DNA from: Squatina squatina
Lineage: Eukaryota
Direction of reading: 5' to 3'
NCBI GenBank assembly: GCA_031763465.1
Contig: JARFOE010000115.1
Span: 9,825,473 to 9,884,511 of the forward strand
Length of the DNA: 59,039 nucleotides
Shown: positions 50,301 to 59,039 of the stretch, piece by piece
Layout of the letters: every line of letters begins with the position of its first letter
Numbering within the stretch: the stretch's first letter is position 1
Made by a program: the position numbers and the translations under genes
The notes under the pieces: model-generated
Told to the model about the DNA's origin: nothing
Databases searched by the model: none
The model's input: only the letters and a program-made list of their open reading frames with translations

Positions 50301-51094
50301 GGCATTTTAACAAAGTATTTGATTCTAATTGGAAAGTTGTAGGAAATCATTGGAAGAAAACATTGTACTGCAAAAACCTTGAATGTTGGAACTTGATCTT
50401 TAATACTGACAAGCGTGCTGTTTTCCTTCAAAGAGCTTTAGTCCTACATGCAACCCAAACAGTTGGACAGCTGTTAGATTCCATTGTGAGATTATTTGTC
50501 CTGTCAAAAAAAGTTTACTGACAAGATTAAAATTCAAGTGGGAGTGCGCTTGAATGTCAGGCCAGTAGAGAGCTGAAATGTGATGATGTATGCAACACCA
50601 TTTGTTAGATCTACAGCTGACTTCCTTAATTGATCTAAATGGCTGCTGTTAGAGCTGACCCCACAATATATGTATTATGTGATTGTCCACACGCTTCCAA
50701 AATGCTGCAGCCATGTTATACATTTGCCAACTACTTTTGGTCTCCATTTCCCAGTGTGATAATAAATAAGAACGTGCTGTGATATGGTAGTTGGGCAGAT
50801 ATTGCTACAGGCAGAATTTAGAAAAAGCTTTGTGAGAGATATAAAGGTAGATTTTGGTCTGGGCTTGTTTTCAGGCCTAGACTCGGCACTGTGCGACCAG
50901 CATGCACCCGAACCAAGAGGCCCGAGGATCCATGGAAATAGATCCACAGGCCTTATCAGTATACTTGGTGCAAGCTGTTCACTCCTCCACAGCCAGATGT
51001 CCCAAGCAAAGACTTAAATTTTGGTTTGCTCTGCCTCACCGGCAGTGGCCTTCAGCTAAGTCCTGGAAGGGCAGGTGAGGGGGCGGGGTTGGCT

Positions 51095-51338
51095 GGGAGA
51101 TGGTGGTTGGGGAGAGCGAGATGGTGATTGGGGGGGGAGCGAGATGGTGGTCAGGTGGGCGAGATGGTGATCGAGGGGAGCGAGATGGTGATCTTGGGCG
51201 AGATGGTGGTCGGGGGCGAGATGGTGGTCAGGTCAGCGAGACAGTGGTCAGGTGGGCGAGATGGTGGTCGGGGAGAGCGAGATGCTGATTGGAGGGGGCG
51301 AGATGGTGATTGAGGGGGCGAGATGGAGGTCGGGGGGA
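51095..51338. repeat. G-rich minisatellite, ~19-21-bp unit gcgagatggtggtcggggg
   Basis: About a dozen tandem gcgagatggtg units, truncated by a gap. Confidence 0.9.
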
Positions 51339-51708
51339 NNNNNNNNNNNNNNNNNNNNNNNNNNNNNNNNNNNNNNNNNNNNNNNNNNNNNNNNNNNNNN
51401 NNNNNNNNNNNNNNNNNNNNNNNNNNNNNNNNNNNNNNAAGCAAAACCTCCACAATACTATGCATGGATAACATGTTACTTTATTCACCATCCTATCAGC
51501 CTTGCATGTACATTGGGTTACTTTTCATTAATAAATACAGACACTTCACAATTGTCTGCTGCACATTTTATTCCACACAACATTCAGAGAACATAACACC
51601 AATTGACCATCTTTCGACACTACAATACAAAAGAACATTGCACGGTTGACATTCATAGAGCTGCTCGCTCATATTTAATCTTCTAATTATTTATGACATT
51701 ACTAACAT

Positions 51709-52956
51709 TTATTTGATGGGGGAAATTGTTATCTCCAGGGAATCCTGCCTGCTACTCCGGTTGACCCAGTAATGCTTGTAACCAGTCAGTGCGAAGACGC
51801 TGAAGACGATTATTGATCCACCAATAAGGTCATACATGGTTGGAAACATACGGAGGACCAGCAACTGGAGTATCATTGCCACTACAATTTCTAAGTGTTG
51901 GACCGTGCTAACTAATGCTGGATGGAATCGATTTAATGCGTAATATACACCTAGGAAAGCCACTGTAGAACAGAAACAGATACCTAATAGATATCCCCAG
52001 GTTTCTCCATCCAACGGTATAATAGGCTCTTGTAGGATAAACATTGTGGAGGCACCCCAAACTGTACCTGTCCATCCAAAGGTGAAAAGGGCAGTCCACA
52101 TGCTAACCTTTTCCTTGATAGCTCTGTAAATGATCATGGCCAGCGCGGTGGTCAACCCAGCCATTACTGTCATAGTATAGCCAAAGGCTTCCTTCCAAAG
52201 GCCAACCAATGAATTATCTTCATCAACGATATTGGGGATCATCACCAGGCAAAGGCCAAAGATGCTGCAGACCACTGTGACAATGTCGGTGTAGTCCAAG
52301 CATTCGTCTACAAGTAGAAAGGCCAGAATGGCACTGAAGACTGTGGTGGTGGCTCNNNNNNNNNNNNNNNNNNNNNNNNNNNNNNNNNNNNNNNNNNNNN
52401 NNNNNNNNNNNNNNNNNNNNNNNNNNNNNNNNNNNNNNNAAAGAAACAGGCGCATCCTGTATCCATTGGGTCCAAAAGGATGTTCACTGCCATAGCAGAC
52501 AACGACAACAGAGAAGACCTGGAGCACGGAACGAATGAAGAGGAGCTCCAGGGATGGCACTTTGGACCGATCAGCAGCAAGTCGGGTTATTAATGCAACA
52601 CAACCATGGGCCAAGGCAGCCCCAAACAGAGCTACCCAGGTTATTCTTGGTGTGCTGACCACACTTTGTCCAGCATTTTCTGTTTGTTGTTCCACCCCTT
52701 TATCTTTCTGTTCTTCTGATAAACTCTGACGAACGTCAATTGTCCCAAAGAATGTTCTTCCTCGTTTTTTAGTGTCACCCAGAAGTTTTTTCTTTGGGTT
52801 GTCTTCAGCATAATTTCCACTGTCTTGGTCTGTTTCATCATAGCCCTCTTCTCCAGGCTGTGGGTAATGTGCCGTGTATTTCACAGTCACTGTGTTTGGG
52901 TGGATTTTCACTCTCTTTTTCGAGGGGTATGTTGGCTTAGTAGGTGAAGATGCCAT
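51709..52956 (-). CDS. SLC35G2: Solute carrier family 35 member G2 (TMEM22), single coding exon with an internal N gap
   Basis: [35 protein letters not shown]...[13 protein letters not shown]...[12 protein letters not shown]...[17 protein letters not shown]...SPIK*. EamA-type multi-TM protein. Acceptor tttgctgcag at 52980-52981 just upstream of the ATG. Confidence 0.95.
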   Translation of the reverse strand: MASSPTKPTYPSKKRVKIHPNTVTVKYTAHYPQPGEEGYDETDQDSGNYAEDNPKKKLLGDTKKRGRTFFGTIDVRQSLSEEQKDKGVEQQTENAGQSVVSTPRITWVALFGAALAHGCVALITRLAADRSKVPSLELLFIRSVLQVFSVVVVCYGSEHPFGPNGYRMRLFLXXXXXXXXXXXXXXXXXXXXXXXXXXXXXATTTVFSAILAFLLVDECLDYTDIVTVVCSIFGLCLVMIPNIVDEDNSLVGLWKEAFGYTMTVMAGLTTALAMIIYRAIKEKVSMWTALFTFGWTGTVWGASTMFILQEPIIPLDGETWGYLLGICFCSTVAFLGVYYALNRFHPALVSTVQHLEIVVAMILQLLVLRMFPTMYDLIGGSIIVFSVFALTGYKHYWVNRSSRQDSLEITISPIK

Positions 52957-53507
52957 TTTCCAGCAGCAGAATCTCTGCCCTGCAGCAAATTTCACAGAAA
53001 AGTTAAACCTTTATATTGTTTGTTGTTACTGTACCCGTGGCAAAGCATATTCAGTTAATATTTACATGCAATTTTGTGCACCATGCCTACTGAAATATAC
53101 ACTAGCAAGTCCCCCTGGCCTATTTGTAAAAGCCTTAATTTAAGCTATGACCCATCCATGCATTTATTACAACAACAATTCATTCAACCATAGAGTATAG
53201 AATGTTTCAAAAATCATAATGCAACAAAGAACATGATTATATTAAAAGATTGATTGGTAAACCTGGTGATACAGTTAAATATAAAGATGATAAATTGTAT
53301 GTTAATGACAAAAAAATTAATGAGTTGGTTAAAAAAAGTGTTCTTGCACAGTGAGTGGTTAAAATGTGCAATTCACGGCCATAAACCATTGTTGAAGTAA
53401 AGTCCATNNNNNNNNNNNNNNNNNNNNNNNNNNNNNNNNNNNNNNNNNNNNNNNNNNNNNNNNNNNNNNNNNNNNNNNNNNNNNNNNNNNNNNNNNNNNN
53501 NNNNNNN

Positions 53508-54274
53508 GAGCACAACAGGAGGCAGCAGGAACTGACTGGAGCGGCGAGGCATGCCTGCATGTTCTAATCACCATGGAAGAGACGGTGCTGGCCATTAGCG
53601 GAAGGGCCATTGCTGAGGCAGTGGCTAGCGGCGGGGCTGAATCCATTGAAGATGATGGTATCCACATACCTAATCCTCCTTGTCACATCCCACTTCCCCC
53701 TCATCCCACAATATCTTCTGCAAGCTGCAGATGGTGTAAGCATACACTTCTTACTTTCTCATCTCCCCTCACCACAACCCTACCCTTGTCCCTTTTTCCT
53801 TTGAGTTACCCAAAAATCGCAACCTCCCTAGGCAGTGGCAGAAAAGCAAGAAGAGAGTGATGCTGAAGACACACTATCACTTGATTTCACACTCGCAGCT
53901 ACCTGCTCAGATACTGACACTGCGCTTAATTTAAAGAATAGCATAGAGGCAGGATCTACACGTGGTGAGATACCGGGCACGAGTGCGCTGCAGCCAGGGC
54001 AGGCGGCGAGGATAGCGCAGGTGCCAGCTCACCAGAGGACGAGGTAGCACACAAGTTCTGCTGCAGTGGACTTAGATGAGGATGTCGATGGGCCAGACTA
54101 CAGAAAAAGACTGATGGGTGTACACATGGAAATGGTTGGTGCATTGGCAAGCCTGCCATAAAGCCTGTGTGCAATGTCAAGGAGCATGGAGGAGTCCAGC
54201 TCCGACTTGGCACAGGGCTTTGCGCAGAGCTTGAAGCTGTTGTGGAGTATTTCAAGATACTCGACACAAAGACT
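53508..54274 (+). mobile_element. Decayed repeat, probably a PIF/Harbinger-associated accessory ORF fragment
   Basis: Shares long blocks with 55598-56483 (gatagcgcaggtgccagctcacc.gagg; MSRSMEES..LAQxFAQSL), with stops and frameshifts. Superfamily assignment is inference. Confidence 0.5.
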
Positions 54275-55597
54275 NNNNNNNNNNNNNNNNNNNNNNNNNN
54301 NNNNNNNNNNNNNNNNNNNNNNNNNNNNNNNNNNNNNNNNNNNNNNNNNNNNNNNNNNNNNNNNNNNNNNNNNNTCAGATGTAGCAGCAGGAGACGGTCG
54401 ACTGCCGGGACTGCACCCACGGTGCAATTTGGATGGCTGACAAAAATAGGCCTGAAGATAAATTATGCACTCAACTATATGTAGTTGGTGCTAACTTCAT
54501 TAACCCCTTATGTGAACAAGATGTTACAGCACTTATGAAGAAAGGCCTCGTAAATGCTGCATCGCTAAATGAATGTTTAATTTACCTTTAAAAAATGGTG
54601 CTGCATCCAGGGGCCAACTGTGCAGCTGTCGCTGCTAACCCCAGGCACCATTAATGNNNNNNNNNNCGTGCATGGTATTGATGTCATTATCACCGTGCGC
54701 CGCCGACACCCTTGCCGCGCCGGCCTGCGGAGTCACATCGTCTGGGCACCTCCGCAAAACAGCCCATGAATGTCTCAGGAGCCCCAAACTGCGCTGCAAG
54801 CTGCAAAAAAACCTCAGCGTCCTGGGAGTGCCAACAGCAGACGCAAACCAGGCGCACATGAGCCATCAACTTCGGCCCCTGGAAGTTCTTTGATTGGGAG
54901 AGGGGAGAGGGGAAATCATTTAACATTGTCTACATCTTTGTCAAAATAGTCCTTTCCACAACTAAGTAGAATACCTAATGCCCATAAAATTGGATATTTA
55001 TAGGATTTAATTTCAAAAGGCATAATCAATTCCTAAATATACACAGGGTTAGGCCATTGTAACTCAAAAATGCATCATGTGGTTGAATGCATGACTGACT
55101 CCTAAAATCGATGATTGAAGTTGCATTAACAGTCACACAGTCTGTTCTTTGAGATAACATTCAGTCAACAGAAATAAAAATGGTGGATCTTTCTGTACTA
55201 AAGTGTGCTTTTCTAAAATTAAACTGACACTACACATTGATGGAACAATTTATAATAAAAAAAACACAATTATGCACAGAGTAGACAAAGACCTGAAACT
55301 GCCACTTACAATTACTTGAGTCTCTTTGACACTCTGCACAGAGGTTTTCCATAATAAAAGATGGAAAATGATTCATGAAATTCCCAGTTATGCTCATCAA
55401 TATAGAAATGGCAAACACCTTTTATTCAAAATAAAACTGCAGGTCACAATTAGATTCAAACTACTAAAGAACATTTTAATTTCCTTTGTACAATTTCNNN
55501 NNNNNNNNNNNNNNNNNNNNNNNNNNNNNNNNNNNNNNNNNNNNNNNNNNNNNNNNNNNNNNNNNNNNNNNNNNNNNNNNNNNNNNNNNNNNNNNNN

Positions 55598-56483
55598 CCT
55601 TTTCCTTTTCAGATAATCAAGGACGGAAACCAGCCCAGGCAGTGGAGGAAGAGCAAGAAGAAAGTGAAGATGAGCCTCCATCACTCAATCTCACAGTCAC
55701 AGCCACCAGCTCAGATACTAACACTACATATTTTAGAGGATAGGATAGAGGAGGGCTACGCATATGGTAAGATACCAGGAGCAGGATCCACGATGTGGGG
55801 AATGGATAGCGCAGGTGCCAGCTCACCGGAGGCCGAGGTCTACTAAAAAGGGTTCAGATGAGAACTTTGATGGGCCAGGCTACAGAAGAAAGGCGACAGA
55901 TGTTCGTACCAAATGAATGGTGCACTGGAAGGCCTGCACTCAATGTCAAGGAGCATGGAGGAGTCTGGTACCAACTTGGCACAGGATTTTGCGCAGAGCT
56001 TGGAGCCCATCCTTTGTAACCTGGAACGGATGGTCACCTCCTTCAGCCCACCTGCAGAACCAACCATGATGCAGTGTCTGATGGCTGGTGTCTCAGCTTC
56101 TATTGTAGCACAAGCAGCTGCCACTAAAAGGCTGGGTATGGCAATGGAAGCTCAGACTGCTATCATGAACGTTCTGATTGCTGCCATCATGGCTCTGGAT
56201 ACCAGTGTGCGAAGGGGTTTCCACGATGTGACAGCATTCCAGCAATCTGTTCTTCATCAGATTACTAGGATGGCTGAGGTGCCATGGAGGATGAACCTGC
56301 TGTTCTCTCTCAGGATGGCAGCATTTGTTCTCCCAACCCTGCCACTCTGCCAGTGCCTTTGCTGTTTCCTGTCAACCAGCCAGCCCAGGCTGCTGCTGCC
56401 CAGGCCAAGATGGTGCAGTCTGAAGCCGGTTCTTCTAGGCCCAGAGCTGCTCAAGATCACCCTCCAAGGACACCTGTATTCTT
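55598..56483 (+). mobile_element. Second copy of the same decayed repeat family
   Basis: EEEQEESEDEP-SL.LT.TATSSDT..., MSRSMEESGTNLAQDFAQSLEP; paralogous to 53508-54274. Confidence 0.5.
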
Positions 56484-59039
56484 NNNNNNNNNNNNNNNNN
56501 NNNNNNNNNNNNNNNNNNNNNNNNNNNNNNNNNNNNNNNNNNNNNNNNNNNNNNNNNNNNNNNNNNNNNNNNNNNNNNNNNNNCTCGGGTAGTGTGTGTT
56601 TGGGGGAGGGGAGCGGGAAATGTGGCTTCAGTTCGAGTTCGCATCTTTTTAAAAGACTTTCTTTTCCTTGTTTATTTCGTGTTTATTTTTTTTTACATTT
56701 CTCGGCGTTTAAGTGGTGAAATTTATATGAAAGTTTTATTTTCGGTGGAATACAGGTTTTGAACGTTTGCGCGTCACTTCATTGCACGCACATATAAAAA
56801 AAGGTTAAAATACAAATGTTGTTTAATTGCCAAGCAGACGAAGGACGTGCAGGGATACAAAGGCAAGCCTGAGTAGAAAGCTGGAGTGTTTTTTTTTCAC
56901 TTCGCTATTTTTGTTTGATAATGAAGCGACTGTTTGCAAATAAACGAATAATACTTGCTGGATTTTGATATATTGGAAAACAAAGTTAATTTAGTAAACA
57001 GGAATAAAACGGTTTGTAGCCTTCAGTATATGATCTCACGATTTTTTTGTTATTACACTATTCTGAGTAGAGTCAGGTGACGGCATGCTGATGACTGTCC
57101 TTGGTTTTTCTCACGCAATCCAGCCGCCCAGCAGCCAGTTTTACAAGTACATGGGAGAGAGAGAGAAATTCNNNNNNNNNNNNNNNNNNNNNNNNNNNNN
57201 NNNNNNNNNNNNNNNNNNNNNNNNNNNNNNNNNNNNNNNNNNNNNNNNNNNNNNNNNNNNNNNNNNNNNNNNNNNNNNNNNNNNNNNNNNNNNNNNNNNN
57301 NNNNNNNNNNNNNNNNNNNNNNNNNNNNNNNNNNNNNNNNNNNNNNNNNNNNNNNNNNNNNNNNNNNNNNNNNNNNNNNNNNNNNNNNNNNNNNNNNNNN
57401 NNNNNNNNNNNNNNNNCAGTGGTATTAAGTGGGGGTCTTGGTTATTTGAAATGCCTGGGCAAAGTACAGTAACTTGTCTGCCATTGAAATCATTATATAA
57501 TAAAACCGTGGACAGGTTAAATGTAAATATTAAGATAAAGGAAAAGTCCAAATTTGAAGCAATTCAAAATATAATGCTGAGATTATAATTTGAAAATATC
57601 TGAATTTTGCTTTTTGAAGAGTGGGGACATTTTATATCTGGCTAACCCAGTTCTATAGTTTGTTTATATGTAGAGGATGAACATTATTTTTCAATTGTGT
57701 AATAATGATAAATTTGAAGGTATAGATTCAATTGAGGAAATGAGACTGGTGTGTTATGCTACTTAATAAAAAGTGAAAGGAAATAGTGTAAAATTAATCT
57801 GTTGTGGGGTATTGCTTCCCATCAGAATACATTTGGAAATCCAAGCTTATTTGCACTCCTGATTTACTTTCACACTACTTGTTGAGTGTTGGAAAGAATA
57901 CTGTGCAAGCTAAGCATAGTAAATTTTGATCGGTTAAACTAAAACAAGTTGTTATTTTGAGATGAAGCATGGGTATGCTTTTATAAACAGCTTGTGCATC
58001 AGGGACACTTGCTGGCAGCTGCACTTAATGTACTCTGGTGTAGATGGCAGTTTTCTTTCTCTCTTTCCCCAAAAGTAAAGCAGTTGAAGGAAGAAAATGA
58101 GTATTGGGAATAAGTGTATGTTTGGAATTAATTTTGGTTTCAGATAATGTTTATCCACTTGATATGGTTTATTTGATTAGTATATTATGGCCCTAAATTC
58201 ACTCTCATGTATACTTTGTTAGGTCCTGCTAGGTGAAAGACGTCCCAGAAATATTTAGACCGAGACAGAACTGAGATCAGGTTTTTCCATGTGGTCCTTT
58301 TGCTTGGTACTTATAATTCAAGTGAAAAATTCAGTTCATCATAATTGAACTTTAGAGATGAAATAAGTAACTACTGACTCTGGATATATGTCCTTTTTAA
58401 GATGTTAACTGCAGATTTTNNNNNNNNNNNNNNNNNNNNNNNNNNNNNNNNNNNNNNNNNNNNNNNNNNNNNNNNNNNNNNNNNNNNNNNNNNNNNNNNN
58501 NNNNNNNNNNNNNNNNNNNATGTTACATTTTGGGGTGGGGCGGGGTGGTGGTGGTGGTGGAGTAGTAGGCGTGGAAGTCTATAAATTTTGAAGATGTAAC
58601 AAGGTGACATTGTTTTATGTGCCTATTACAAGTACAAAATGCATATATTTATTTCAAATGGCACAGTCCATATGAGTATTTTGTAGTAAGCAAAAGTACC
58701 TTCCAGTCTTAGGTAAAGCTACACATTGCTTTGAGCTATTTTTATCGACAATCAGGAGCTTAATTCTGGACTGCATACCAGACTGTACCATTTGATCAGC
58801 TACATAAAATGGGAGCAAAACTTTATCATTCCAAGAGCAGTCTGTTTATAAAAAAAAAAATATGAAATATTGTACAGTATTTTTTAACTTAAAGATTTCC
58901 AGTTGTGTATTTTCTGTTAATAGATCTGTGTTTTTGATCAGTCAATGGATAGATTTTGGTGCAGTCCTATACTGTTTGTGTGTCCGGAAAGCACTTAACA
59001 TGCATGACATGTATTCCAGAAGGCAGATGTTACTATGGT

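Overview
Eukaryotic genomic DNA, most likely from a cartilaginous fish (inferred from shark-type CR1 LINEs, Deu-domain SINEs, Penelope-like elements and the gene sequences). The assembly is heavily gapped, mostly with 100-N placeholder gaps, so introns are compressed and several exons are missing. Gene order: last exon of SNORC (+); two exons of ST6GAL1 (-); an actinodin-family fin-fibre gene (-) with about 17-18 C(D/N)PxxDPxC-type repeats, interrupted by a frameshift and a later in-frame TGA; a candidate small secreted acidic peptide gene (-) that I cannot name; two tandem CD2/SLAM-like V+C2 Ig receptor genes (+), the first open and the second a pseudogene; a complete NCK1 CDS (-, 377 aa); and SLC35G2 (-). 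Between genes are CR1, Tx1/L1 and Penelope fragments (with minimal hammerhead-like motifs), DeuSINEs, a Harbinger-like MITE with TIRs and a 3-bp TSD, minisatellites and local duplications. The best leads are the repeat-expanded, apparently truncated actinodin, the orphan secreted-peptide gene next to it, and the Ig receptor pair. Gene names come from my recall of family sequences, not from database searches.
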